Both the position numbers and the translations under genes were made by a program. From a virus: a stretch of DNA of 64,000 nt. Of the stretch, positions 9,955 to 20,600 are shown piece after piece. The notes beneath the pieces were generated by a model, which saw only the letters and a list, made by a program, of their open reading frames with translations, did not search any database and had not been told where the DNA came from. The stretch spans positions 96,001 through 160,000 of the IMG/VR virus record IMGVR_UViG_3300027815_000003; one strand, written 5' to 3'. How positions within the stretch are numbered: the first letter of the stretch is position 1; every line of letters begins with the position of its first letter.

Positions 9955-10387
9955 TTGAAATACCTTGTTTTGTTATAATATTTTTTGTTTTATCTTGGAA
10001 ATCTTTTGCATCTATAAATTCTTCATTTATAAAATAATTTGAAATATTCCTTAAGGCTCTGTGTATTTTTACTTTAAGATTAAACCCAATAGATTCTTTT
10101 CCAAACATTATTCCACTATTAGCCATTTCTCTAAGTAACCAAAGTTCTTTTTCAGTAAAATTAATTTCAACTTCTTTTACCTTTTCATCTACACAAACAA
10201 GTAAAGCACTTCCTAATTTTAGAATTAATTCTGGTTCACTTGGCATTTCTGCATTAGAACCAAGTCCTCTCATTGGTTCAAAATAATTATCTTTACTTAC
10301 TCGACTAAGTAATGTTAGTCTATCGTCTATACTTATAATTTCATTTTGGGTGAGAGAAACTTTTTCTAATTTTTCATCTATTTCCAT
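9932..10387 (-). CDS. Hypothetical protein, paralog of 22724..23176
   Basis: Shared motifs LTxNE..IDD..TL and LLRE.A.S...E.IG..LK.KI. Confidence 0.65.
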   Translation of the reverse strand: MEIDEKLEKVSLTQNEIISIDDRLTLLSRVSKDNYFEPMRGLGSNAEMPSEPELILKLGSALLVCVDEKVKEVEINFTEKELWLLREMANSGIMFGKESIGFNLKVKIHRALRNISNYFINEEFIDAKDFQDKTKNIITKQGISNADNDTR

Positions 10388-10554
10388 TACTGTTTATCTT
10401 TTTCTTCTAACAATCTAGACAGAAGCTCTATTTGGCCCTGTATTTTTACCGCCATTATTGTTTTTTCTTGTTTAGCTTGTTCAAGCATTTGAACTTCTTG
10501 TGTTAAATTTTGTAATTTACTTTTGGCTTCGTCTATTTCTTTTTTTAAATCCAT
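10387..10554 (-). CDS. 55-aa coiled-coil protein
   Basis: MDLKKEIDEAKSKLQNLTQEVQMLEQAKQEK...; TAATG coupling; first gene after a promoter. Confidence 0.55.
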   Translation of the reverse strand: MDLKKEIDEAKSKLQNLTQEVQMLEQAKQEKTIMAVKIQGQIELLSRLLEEKDKQ

Positions 10555-10577
10555 TACTATATTTTCCTTTCTTTATT

Positions 10578-10606
10578 ATTATACCACATATATCTTAATT
10601 TGTAAA
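10578..10606 (-). promoter_or_regulatory. sigma70-type promoter with extended -10
   Basis: TTTACA-17 bp-TATAAT with TG at the extended -10 position (tgtggTATAAT). Confidence 0.7.
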
Positions 10607-10611
10607 GTATT

Positions 10612-10989
10612 TTACAATATCCCCATTTTTTTTAAATCTTCTCTAAAAAGTACAGAAAATTTTATATCTGGATAAAGTAATTTAAATTGCTCCATTTTTA
10701 ATTTTGCTTTAGGGAAAAGCCTTCCTTTTATTTCAACAATTTCTACTATTTTATTCTTTTTATGAATGAAAAAATCTGGGAAATAATAACCTACACTTGT
10801 TTTAAAACCTATTATTTCATATTCAAAATATATATTATTGTTTTCTAGATATCTAGCATATTTTACTTCCCAACCAGATCTCATTATTATTTTTCTTTTT
10901 TTATCTTTTGAGATATAAACATTCCTTGTTATTATTTTTTGTTTTCTTTTCTTAATATAATAATTTTTCTTATATCTTTTAAATACCAT
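10612..10989 (-). CDS. PD-(D/E)xK endonuclease
   Basis: MRSGWE...YFPDFF...EIKG; paralog of the C-terminal domain of 8048..8893. Confidence 0.7.
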   Translation of the reverse strand: MVFKRYKKNYYIKKRKQKIITRNVYISKDKKRKIIMRSGWEVKYARYLENNNIYFEYEIIGFKTSVGYYFPDFFIHKKNKIVEIVEIKGRLFPKAKLKMEQFKLLYPDIKFSVLFREDLKKMGIL

Positions 10990-10991
10990 TT

Positions 10992-11372
10992 TTATTCGTT
11001 TACACTTGACAAATTCCAGAAAAAATATTCAAATGGAATATTTTTACTAGAACCTTCCGCGACAAGTGACTGTATTGTAAATCTTATTTTGTATCCTAAC
11101 GGACATTTTTGACCAATAAGGATAGAATTATTAATTCCAGTTGGTGTATATATTATAGTATCAAAAGTTATATATGTTGAATTATTATTCATATCATATT
11201 TTGACCGAATTGTAGCGGTTTGTACTAAATTACTTAAATCAAGCCACAATCCTTTGAATCCCATATTTTGCGTAGGAGTAATTGTAAGTAATGTTGTTTC
11301 ATCTACACTAGATGTAAATGAAAATGGGGATCCTGTAACTACACGATTATAACTCCTAATATCTGCGCTCAT
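10992..11372 (-). CDS. Virion-associated protein, stand-alone copy of a shared ~110-aa domain
   Basis: GLWLDLSNLVQTATIRSKYD aligns with parts of three other structural-region proteins. Confidence 0.55.
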   Translation of the reverse strand: MSADIRSYNRVVTGSPFSFTSSVDETTLLTITPTQNMGFKGLWLDLSNLVQTATIRSKYDMNNNSTYITFDTIIYTPTGINNSILIGQKCPLGYKIRFTIQSLVAEGSSKNIPFEYFFWNLSSVNE

Positions 11373-11376
11373 ATAT

Positions 11377-11859
11377 TTATTCCTTTAGTACAAATAACCA
11401 TGTTATTAATTTTTTACCATAAATAATAAAAGAAACACTTATTGCTAATAAAGAAATAATAAGTATCAAAAATTGATTTTGCCATAAATTAAAATAATCT
11501 AATGGTGTATAAAAAAATTGATATAGTGATAATAAACAAAAAGAAAATGAATTATCTATTTCCCATATGGTATGTTTCATTTGTTTGCAAGAAACATACC
11601 ATAAAAAAGAAAACAATAATCCAGTTCCAATACCACCAGCTAAAGATATTATATCTCTGTGTACTTTTGTTGGTATGGTATCAAAGGATATTGTCCCTGA
11701 TGCCTCCCAATTCAAATTTATTGTCGTTTGTACCCCTAAACTTTTTGCCGCTAAATAATGAAATGCTTCATGTATTGGGATTGATGCCCAAAACAAAACA
11801 AAAAGAGTTATAAAAAGAGAAAATGTTCTTTCTATAAAACTTCTTGTTATACTTTGCAT
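11377..11859 (-). CDS. Membrane M50-like metallopeptidase
   Basis: Transmembrane helices, IPIHEAFH (HExxH) and ISLAGG motif. Confidence 0.6.
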   Translation of the reverse strand: MQSITRSFIERTFSLFITLFVLFWASIPIHEAFHYLAAKSLGVQTTINLNWEASGTISFDTIPTKVHRDIISLAGGIGTGLLFSFLWYVSCKQMKHTIWEIDNSFSFCLLSLYQFFYTPLDYFNLWQNQFLILIISLLAISVSFIIYGKKLITWLFVLKE

Positions 11860-12446
11860 TATACTGCGACATCTTCTTGATCTGGATTTGTAAACGAATA
11901 GTCGCTGTGTTTACGCCAGAAAAAATATGTTGAGTTATTATTAAGATATAAAACTACCTGTCCTGAAGAATTAGTTATTCCACTAGCTACTATATTTGCC
12001 CCAGCAGAATCCGTAGTTACCCAAACTTCTACATTTCCTATTGCTGCTGAAGTTATACTATTGGTCACTGTATAGGTGAATGTTACAGCTCCACTTCCTA
12101 GCCCTTCCACCCAGTACTCCCCCGAAATACTTCTATCTGCACCCTCTGTAGTTCCGCTTTGCATTGTAACCCTTAGTGCTTTAGAAACAGCTACAGGGAT
12201 ATCACCCTCTATTAATATCCCATCTTCCATTGCTGTATTCCAAGATATAGTCTGAAAAGTGCGATAATTTGTCCCATCAATTTGATATTTAACCCTAATA
12301 GTGTTGTTTTGGGTTAAATTAGTTGTGTCCAACCAAATCCCCCTTACAATAGAATTTGCAGAAGGTGTAAAGGTAAATACCGTCTGTTCACTCGTACCAG
12401 ACGAATGAGTATAACTGATTGATGTTGTTTGATAAGCAATTGGCAT
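11859..12446 (-). CDS. Virion protein: shared domain plus C-terminal Ig/carboxypeptidase-regulatory-like domain
   Basis: N-terminal GIWLDTTNLTQNNTIRVKYQIDG; C-terminal ASGITNSSGQVVLYL. Confidence 0.55.
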   Translation of the reverse strand: MPIAYQTTSISYTHSSGTSEQTVFTFTPSANSIVRGIWLDTTNLTQNNTIRVKYQIDGTNYRTFQTISWNTAMEDGILIEGDIPVAVSKALRVTMQSGTTEGADRSISGEYWVEGLGSGAVTFTYTVTNSITSAAIGNVEVWVTTDSAGANIVASGITNSSGQVVLYLNNNSTYFFWRKHSDYSFTNPDQEDVAV

Positions 12447-12450
12447 GTTA

Positions 12451-14448
12451 TTAATACGCTGGAGGTAATAATTGTATGTAGTGTGCTGTAATTCTTACAG
12501 CACCAGCAGTAAAAGCCGCACCATTAGATGATGTTATTCTTACTGTTTCTGCAGAAGTTGTTATATATGGAACGGTAACGGTAAAACTCCCTACATTTGT
12601 GGATGTTGCTAGGGTTAAAGCAATAGAAGCACCCCATTTATCAGCATCACTTGTACTTCCTATATGTATTGCTGCTGGCCCAACAATAAGAGTTCTTACA
12701 AATATAGTAACACCAAAAACTAAAGAATTAGCTGGAATTAAATTTGTTGCATCTACAGTTGTCCCGCTTGTTGTATCTACAGAAGTTGTTGAATTTTGAA
12801 TATTCCAAGTTCCAGAATGATTCCCAGTCCTTCCCGTATCAGTGGTACTTCTTTCTCCAATTCGTAATCTATCACTTTGTATATCATAAATAGTATTATT
12901 ATATGTTTCTGCAGGAGACCCACTATCCCCACTTCCACCAGTTAATATTTGACGATTAGATAGATATAATTGTCCATTTGGACTAAATACATTATTTATA
13001 TGGATATCTCTTAATTCTGAAGAACCAGTTGCCCCCATCCCATTAGATTGTATTGTTTTAGTAATAGGTGTATCTTCTTGTATATTATTATATATTAATG
13101 ATTTATATGATGCGCCACCAGAAGCACTTACCATATATATTCTGGGTGTTGCAACTGGACTTCCATTTGTACTCCATCTAAAATTAGTTAATTCAACAGA
13201 CTGATGATAATTATTCGCACAATCTATTAAATATCCATCTGTAGCTCCGTCAAAACCAGAAGGTGTGTTATCTATTTGTGTTGTAACTTGGAAAGACCCC
13301 CCATCTTGAAAAAATCTACCTGTTCCGTTCATTTGACAAAGTTTCCAACATATTTCAGAACTAACATCATGTATTAGAGAGACTGGAGAAGCTGCTGTTG
13401 ATCCATCATCAGTAGCTAAATGTAAAAATATTACACCACTATTATCTACATATGAATTATTAACCTGCATTGTAGACGCATTTCTAAAAGCCGCTAATGT
13501 AGCAAAACTAATATCCATTTTATTAAATGTATTGTTTGCAAATTGGATTTTTGTAATGTTTACAGCATACTGATTTATTTTATTTATTCTTATATTTTCA
13601 AAATTATTTTCTGAATTGTTTGCATCTACACCCTCAAATCTAATCCCATCTGTAAAATGATAACCATCGTCACCATCTAAATTTTCGTAACATCCTATCC
13701 ATATATTCTTGAAATTATTAAATCTATTTGTTCCACCAGTAGATCTATTCATACTAATAGCACAAGTAGGTGTATTTGTTGCGTGTCCTCTAAACCTTAT
13801 ATCAGAAATAAAACATGAATAACAATCTGTTAGTCTGAGTATGGGCGAACCAGCAGCACCAGTCCAACGCAAAATAGTTCCCCCAGTTACGCCCCATCCA
13901 CTTCCTTGAAGAATTAAAGAATCATTAGATACAATTGTTATTGTCGCTGCTATAGCATAAGTTTTTGAAGAAAGAATAACTTTCCCATTACCAGTTCCCC
14001 CACCAGCAGCATCAATTGCCGCTTGTATTTGTACATTATCTGCCGTTCCATCTATTCCCCACCATTCTGGGTATATTTCATTCATTACGCCCACATTAAA
14101 TGTAACCGTCCCAGAACCACTAAATATTTGATGAGATTTAGAGATAATACTTCCATTTATAGTAAAAGTACGACTAACAGATAAATTTAATATAGCCCCA
14201 GGGATAAATTCTATTTCATCTGTTGCATCTAAAGTCAAATTAGATGTTTGTATATTATATGTCCCTGGTAAAAGAATAACTCTTCCGCCAACAGAAGGTA
14301 ATGCTGTTAGTGCAGCAGCAATTTCCGTTTCATCATTAGTCCCATCGCAAAAATAAGTTGCAGAGTTTAAGAAACTACTAGATGTATCACTAGCGGCGAC
14401 AATAAATGATGTTATTCCTATTGGTGAGATACTTCCGAATCTAGGCAT
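12451..14448 (-). CDS. Tailspike-like pectin-lyase beta-helix protein (putative depolymerase)
   Basis: 665 aa; two GTxD..QI.AA...GG.V.L..GTY entry motifs; N/I-rich beta-helix repeats. Confidence 0.7.
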   Translation of the reverse strand: MPRFGSISPIGITSFIVAASDTSSSFLNSATYFCDGTNDETEIAAALTALPSVGGRVILLPGTYNIQTSNLTLDATDEIEFIPGAILNLSVSRTFTINGSIISKSHQIFSGSGTVTFNVGVMNEIYPEWWGIDGTADNVQIQAAIDAAGGGTGNGKVILSSKTYAIAATITIVSNDSLILQGSGWGVTGGTILRWTGAAGSPILRLTDCYSCFISDIRFRGHATNTPTCAISMNRSTGGTNRFNNFKNIWIGCYENLDGDDGYHFTDGIRFEGVDANNSENNFENIRINKINQYAVNITKIQFANNTFNKMDISFATLAAFRNASTMQVNNSYVDNSGVIFLHLATDDGSTAASPVSLIHDVSSEICWKLCQMNGTGRFFQDGGSFQVTTQIDNTPSGFDGATDGYLIDCANNYHQSVELTNFRWSTNGSPVATPRIYMVSASGGASYKSLIYNNIQEDTPITKTIQSNGMGATGSSELRDIHINNVFSPNGQLYLSNRQILTGGSGDSGSPAETYNNTIYDIQSDRLRIGERSTTDTGRTGNHSGTWNIQNSTTSVDTTSGTTVDATNLIPANSLVFGVTIFVRTLIVGPAAIHIGSTSDADKWGASIALTLATSTNVGSFTVTVPYITTSAETVRITSSNGAAFTAGAVRITAHYIQLLPPAY

Positions 14449-14460
14449 CTTTTGTTCCTT

Positions 14461-15237
14461 TTATACAGCAGCAATAGTGATAGAGGAAAAGGTATTAAAA
14501 GTTAGTTCTATATCAAAAATAACATCAGCAGCATTAGCTATTACACCAGAATAGGAAATAGCAGCAGATATTTCAACTACTTGCTCTGAAATTTCAGCGG
14601 TAGTAATTACTAAAGTTGATAATGTTGGATATGAACCATCTGCTTTTGACGTGGCTACAGCAGTTTCAGAAACCACTTTAACTGCTGATGTGACACCAAC
14701 AGGAGCGCCACCTCCATCACCAGCAACAGCCCTAACAAAATGATAAATACCATTTAATAATGATTGACCAAAAGATCCAACATCACCATCAGTAGATTGT
14801 CTTGCTATTGCCGTAGCATCTATATTTATTTTATAAATACCAGATCCAAGATTAGTCCCAGACGGTGTTGTAACTCTAAATATAGGAGTTACGGCAGCAT
14901 TATCTAAGCCAGTTTTCTTAATAGTTACTCTATATAATCTAGTATCACGAATAATTTGCCCATTGATCGTAGGGGATGTTAATGTTTTTGTAGATAATGA
15001 TTGTGATCCTGTTAAATTAACTATAGTATCTGTAGATGCAGGGATAGTAATGGTTGCAGCAGCATCAGTAGCTTTAGCTAATTGTAATAAATTGCTCCCA
15101 CTATCCATTTCTCCTAAACGTCCAGTGGTAACAAGAACTGCTCCATTTCTTTGTACTCTTCCTGTCACGGACGGATTAGCAGCTTTATCTGCAAATTGTA
15201 AATAATCTATATTAGAGGTTCTACCTACTCTCCCCAT
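14461..15237 (-). CDS. Putative fibre/decoration protein
   Basis: 258 aa T/A/V/S-rich; TDTIVNLTGSQSLSTKTLTSPTING fibre-type repeat. Confidence 0.45.
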   Translation of the reverse strand: MGRVGRTSNIDYLQFADKAANPSVTGRVQRNGAVLVTTGRLGEMDSGSNLLQLAKATDAAATITIPASTDTIVNLTGSQSLSTKTLTSPTINGQIIRDTRLYRVTIKKTGLDNAAVTPIFRVTTPSGTNLGSGIYKINIDATAIARQSTDGDVGSFGQSLLNGIYHFVRAVAGDGGGAPVGVTSAVKVVSETAVATSKADGSYPTLSTLVITTAEISEQVVEISAAISYSGVIANAADVIFDIELTFNTFSSITIAAV

Positions 15238-15246
15238 ATTTTACTC

Positions 15247-16338
15247 CTATTCAATAACTTGTGTCACGATATTAAAATCAATATCACGAGCAGCAGCTTC
15301 GTCTACATTTTCTTGATAACTTAATTTCCAATGTTGATTGGTTACGAAATCAACATCAAAAGCTCTTTCGTCCCCAGCACTAACTGTTACTGGTATCGTA
15401 GCATAAAGATCATATGTTACACCATCGATCTTCCTATAAATTCTAAATGTGCCAGTTTGTGTCATATTCTGATTAGAAAATTCTAACCAAATATGTCTGC
15501 GAGTTGTTACTGCATCTGTAACAACATCCTGTTCGGCCCCAGCATCTAAATAAGAATAAGGCCCAGTTGTTTCTGCAGTATCTGTTAATTCTGAAACATA
15601 TCTTAGTCCTTCTGCTAAACTTATTCCATTTCCAGGTGCAGCACCAGAAGGGTATGTCGTTATCCCTGCACCAGCTAAAACATCTGATAAATCTTCTAAT
15701 ACCTGTTCAATATTTGTTCTTACAGAGCCGCCAGGATTTACAGTAGAAGAATAAGCTGCACCAGAAGCAGCAATATATGTTGCTAATTGTGCTAAAGCTG
15801 TATCTAAATCAGTTCTTGTTGCCCCTTGTATTGTTGGGTTAAAAACATTTGCACCATCTGCACCAAATACAACGGATAAATCTTCTAAAACTTGTTCAAA
15901 ATTATCTCTAGCTGCATTACCATTTATTTGTATAGATAATGCCGCACCTGCTGCAGCAAAATATGTTGCAAGAGAATTAAACATTGTCTCTACATCAGTT
16001 CTTGCTCCACCAGCTATAGTAGCACTAAAAGCATCTGCTGAAAATCTAAGTAATATCCGACGTAATTTTGCTAAAGCTGAAGTGGTAGCTATATCAGCTA
16101 ATGTATCAGAAGTGGCTGCATCAGCCATATCACCTAAATCAGCTTGTACCGCATCAATGGCAGCATCAGCTACAACTAATTCATCCCGAATATTTTCTAA
16201 ACTGTCGGTAGTTGACGAGTAAGTTTCTGATGTCGGACTACCATTTACAGTAGCCCCTTTATTTTTAATTAAAGAAAGTGCTTTTTTAAGTTCTGCATCC
16301 ATGTTATTTATTTTTCTCCATTGTCTTTTACCATCCAA
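15247..16338 (-). CDS. Putative fibre protein sharing blocks with the 1544-aa protein
   Basis: AKLRRILLRFSADAFSATI block shared; three internal ARxxxEQVLEDL-like repeats; C-terminal shared domain. Confidence 0.55.
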   Translation of the reverse strand: MDGKRQWRKINNMDAELKKALSLIKNKGATVNGSPTSETYSSTTDSLENIRDELVVADAAIDAVQADLGDMADAATSDTLADIATTSALAKLRRILLRFSADAFSATIAGGARTDVETMFNSLATYFAAAGAALSIQINGNAARDNFEQVLEDLSVVFGADGANVFNPTIQGATRTDLDTALAQLATYIAASGAAYSSTVNPGGSVRTNIEQVLEDLSDVLAGAGITTYPSGAAPGNGISLAEGLRYVSELTDTAETTGPYSYLDAGAEQDVVTDAVTTRRHIWLEFSNQNMTQTGTFRIYRKIDGVTYDLYATIPVTVSAGDERAFDVDFVTNQHWKLSYQENVDEAAARDIDFNIVTQVIE

Positions 16339-16364
16339 CCATCCTTACAATGGGTTGTAATTAT

Positions 16365-16784
16365 TTATACTCCAGGAAATCCAGGTGGGACTAACATAGC
16401 ATAAGAAACATATTTTGCCCGCCATGCATTTACTAAATCTTGTGTTTCTTTTAATGTTTTTGAACCATTTCTAAAATCATTTTCTAATTTTGCCATTTCT
16501 TCTAAAGCTATAGTTAGTTCATCTTTAGTTTTAACTGTTACTGGTGCAACTAAAACTGGTTCTGTAGGTTTTATTTCTTCTTTATTAATAGGATTAGTTG
16601 TTATTTTAGCCCCATCCATATAGGCTTCACCTAATATCCAGGCAATTATAGCACCAACAACACCTAATACTGTAGTTGTATCTAAATTCCAACCTAATTG
16701 TTCATTTAATACTGGTACAACAGCAGCAACTAAAGCAAACCAAAATTTTCTTGATTTTACTGTTTCCATTAATTTTTCATTCAT
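16365..16784 (-). CDS. Holin-like membrane protein
   Basis: N-terminal KSRKFW followed by two transmembrane segments, ending GEAYMD. Confidence 0.6.
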   Translation of the reverse strand: MNEKLMETVKSRKFWFALVAAVVPVLNEQLGWNLDTTTVLGVVGAIIAWILGEAYMDGAKITTNPINKEEIKPTEPVLVAPVTVKTKDELTIALEEMAKLENDFRNGSKTLKETQDLVNAWRAKYVSYAMLVPPGFPGV

Positions 16785-16796
16785 TGTTATTTCTCC

Positions 16797-16961
16797 TTAT
16801 TTTTTCTTTAACAATTGTTTGAATAAATAAAACTTATTCATAGATTGATATTTGCTTTGTGCAACGGCCCAAGCAGATTCTTCTTTTGTTTTTCCTTCTT
16901 GTGGTTTAAAATCAGGATCTTCCATTAGCGCATCTTTTATTTTTTCTACTTCTTTGGGCAT
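16797..16961 (-). CDS. 54-aa hypothetical (ChaB-like)
   Basis: Read by hand: MPKEVEKIKDALMEDPDFKPQEGKTKEESAWAVAQSKYQSMNK... Confidence 0.5.
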   Translation of the reverse strand: MPKEVEKIKDALMEDPDFKPQEGKTKEESAWAVAQSKYQSMNKFYLFKQLLKKK

Positions 16962-16978
16962 TAATATAATTCCTATAA

Positions 16979-17152
16979 TTAACCGCTTAAATGACTTAAT
17001 TCATCTTTAAGAACTTGTTTTTCGCCATCTTGGATATTATGAATATAGTCACAAGAATGGCAATTTATTTCTGTTCTTCCTTTTATTTCATCTTCAAATA
17101 TAACTTTTATATGGTCATTTGTACAGGTAAATTTATAAATTATAATATCCAT
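16979..17152 (-). CDS. 57-aa putative Zn-binding protein
   Basis: MDIIIYKFTCTNDH...NCHSCDY. Confidence 0.45.
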   Translation of the reverse strand: MDIIIYKFTCTNDHIKVIFEDEIKGRTEINCHSCDYIHNIQDGEKQVLKDELSHLSG

Positions 17153-17647
17153 CTAAAATTCTTCTTTTACTATACTAACTACTACATCAGTTATATTTAC
17201 ATTAGAAACTGCAAATCCAGAATTTAACCATTTTATTGCTTCAAAAAGTCCACGAAACATAGAACCTAACTGTGCAGTTCCTGTAGGCGGTGTATATTTT
17301 AATTCCACCTCATTAATAGAAGGATCGTAAGTTAATAATACTGTGGAACCCGTTCTACTTATTTCTAATATATGTTTCCCAGAATTTGTAATTTCTTTAG
17401 AAATTTTTTGTGTTCCATTAATTATTGGATTCCCATTATATTGATTTTTAACCAACAATATCCATTTTCTAAACATTATTTGAGCTATTATAAATTCATC
17501 TACTGTAAATCCTATTTTATCTCCTTCTAAAATATCTACTGTACTTGGACTATTTTTATTATAATAATATTTTATCCTTTTATCATGTTTATCCATAAGT
17601 AAACTTGTGTAATCTGTATGTGTTTCTGTTGTATAAATAACATGCAT
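17153..17647 (-). CDS. Hypothetical protein
   Basis: 164 aa ORF coupled to the giant fibre gene. Confidence 0.55.
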   Translation of the reverse strand: MHVIYTTETHTDYTSLLMDKHDKRIKYYYNKNSPSTVDILEGDKIGFTVDEFIIAQIMFRKWILLVKNQYNGNPIINGTQKISKEITNSGKHILEISRTGSTVLLTYDPSINEVELKYTPPTGTAQLGSMFRGLFEAIKWLNSGFAVSNVNITDVVVSIVKEEF

Positions 17648-17648
17648 A

Positions 17649-20600
17649 TTAAGACTCTATAATTCTAAATGGAATTGTTTTCGCAGGTGTATCGTCAACC
17701 GCCACGTTAGCTTGAATAGTGAGTCTCACAAAACTTGCACCCTCTATTACAAAACCACTTACAGTTGGCATAACATCGTCTGTTCCCACTAAGAAATCAT
17801 ATCTATCTATAGTTCTAAGATTAGAGCCATCTATCATAAATTTTAATCTAATTACTATAGTTCCAACATAACCATCATCTATAAGTGTTTGTAAATCAAA
17901 TAAAGCTGCGATTCTCCCTAATTTAGTTGGTGTATAATTGACAACTGTTTGCTCAACAGTTGTCATTGCTGCCGTTAATGTAAATGGTGAACCAGTTGTG
18001 TCGGTTTTACCTCTTATTTCTTCTAATCTTTCAAGTACAGAACCATCGCCATTTTCAACTATGTTTGTGGATGCAAAAGCATTATTAGCATTATCTGCTC
18101 CGATTGCACCCAATACACTTGTCGCACTATCAGTTACAACAGAACCAGTTGTACCTAATGCCGTAACTAAACTTGGTGTACCATCAATTTCAAATCCGCC
18201 ACCAGCACCAGAAGCAACGATTCCTAAGCCAGCTATTAAATCTCTAAGTAAAGATATTACAGAAGCAGTAGCAGCTACTGTTACAGCATCATCTCTTTGT
18301 CCAACAGTTGTTAATAGTGAATCGTCTGGATCTGCGGGTGTGGCTCCTACTCTTTCTAAAATTGCTTTAAGGTGAGCAATTACTGAGTCTGTACCTGGTG
18401 CCAAATTCATAGCAGGAATAGAATCAGATTTATTTCCAATTACATGCGCTGTAGTTGTATTATTTGCTCCATTTGCGGCAGGAACTAATGCTGCTTCAGC
18501 AGTTACTATAATATAAGTAACTAATCCTGGTGCTGCTGTAAATGGCTCTTCGGCATCTAATGTAAATACTCCAGTCCCAGTAGTAAAAGAAGTCATAAGA
18601 CGTGGTTGAAAAGCTACTGCACCAGTTAATGGAATTAATATACATCCTTTGAAATAATCACTAGCTTTTGCTGCTTGTCCAGTATCGGCAGGAACAGTTG
18701 TAGAAGACGTTGTAAATGTACCAGTCCCAACTATAATACCAGAAGAAATAGCTTCTAGTCTTTCTAGTACAGAACCATCTATATTAGCGACTATGTTTGT
18801 AGATGCAAATGAATTATCAGCCGTATCTTCACCTATAGATTCAGAAGCATGTCTTAATACTTCGGCTATAGATACACCATTTCCTGCTACAACTCTTGTG
18901 GGGAACGTAGTTATACCAGTAGTGCCAGCTAACATATCAGCAAAATCTTCTAATGTTTGCTCTAGATTATCCTTTGCTGTTCCCCCAGGATTTGCAGTAA
19001 CAGACCATGCTGCACCAGCACTTGACAAATAATTTGAAAGTCCTTGCATCATGTTTTCTACGTCTGTTCTTGCGACACCTTGAATTGTCGCTGAAAAAGC
19101 ATCAGAAGAAAATCTAAGTAACAATCTTCTTAATTTTGCCTGTATTGATGTAGTTGTTACATCGGCTAATGTATCAGCAGTAGCGGTATCATCTCTTTGC
19201 CCTAAATTAGTTAATACTGAATCATCTGGATCTGCAGGAGTTGCCCCGATTCTTTCTAGAATTGCTTTTGCGTGTGCAACTATAGAATCATTACCAGGAG
19301 CAAGATTCATTGCAGGAATAGCATCTGTTTTATTCCCGATTACATGGGGTGTCGTTGTATTAGCGGTAGAATCAGCAGCAGGTACTAATGGATATTTAAA
19401 ATGAATTATAATATAATCTACTAATCCTGGAACTGCTGTAAATGGAAGTTCAGAATCTAATGTAAATACTCCACCAATATTAGCAAAATCAACAATAGTT
19501 CTTGCTTGGCCTAATATAGCCCCAGACAAAGGTATAATTAAATCTCCATTAAAGTAATCATTTGCTTCTGTTCGTCCAGTATCAGCAGGAACTGTCGCAG
19601 AAGATGTGGTAAATGTACCTTTTACGGCAATAAGTGATTGCCATAATGTTCCACCAGTCCCATCTTCTTCAAATCCTGTAGCTGTTCCAGCATCAGTTAT
19701 TCCATGTGCATTTATTATAGCCGCTAATCTTTGAATAACAGAAGCGTCTCTATTTCCAGTAGTTGTAGTAATACTTGCATCAGCAGAACTATTATTTACT
19801 AAAGCGTCCCATAAATCTGGATCACCATCTAATTCAAATTCACCACCACCAGCAGCATTTACAGAAAGTGCGGCTTCAATAGCTCTTAGTCTAGCAATAA
19901 CAGATGCACTACCCGCAGTTACTAATGCCGCATCAGATTTATTTCCTACAACGTGCGCTGAAGTTGAATTACTTGTTGCATCTGCTGTTGGAACTAATGG
20001 ATATTGGAAATAAAGTAATACATATTCATCACCAACTGCAGGCGCAGAGGTAAATGTATTTTGAGGATCAATTGTAAAAATACCACCAGCATTAGCAAAA
20101 TCAACTACAACTCTAGGTTGGAATATTGCTACTCCAGTAGTAGGCATTATTATTACGCCATTCCAATAATTATCTCCTTCTAATCTTCCTGTATCTGCTG
20201 GAACTGTTGTACTAGATGTCGTAAATGTCCCGCTACCTAAAATAGAAGTAGAAAGTAATTGATCTATTGCACCAGAACCAATATAATATTTCCAATTATC
20301 AAAATCTACTACTGCAGTTTGTGCATCAGCAGTTCCACCAGATTCAGCATAAAGATATGCACTGGTTGTTGAAGACATATCCCCTGTAGCGTCTTCATAT
20401 TGAGTAAGTTTTACCCATTGTTGATTAGGATATTGTGTTAGAGAATAAAATATATTCCATACATTATTATATCTTTCTATTTTGAAAGCAACGGCATTAT
20501 CAGTTACCGCAGCGGTTATAGTAGATTGAGGAACGCCCATAAATTCTGCTCTAGCTACTATTCTATCTACAGCATTACTTACTTCTCTAGCTACTAAAAT

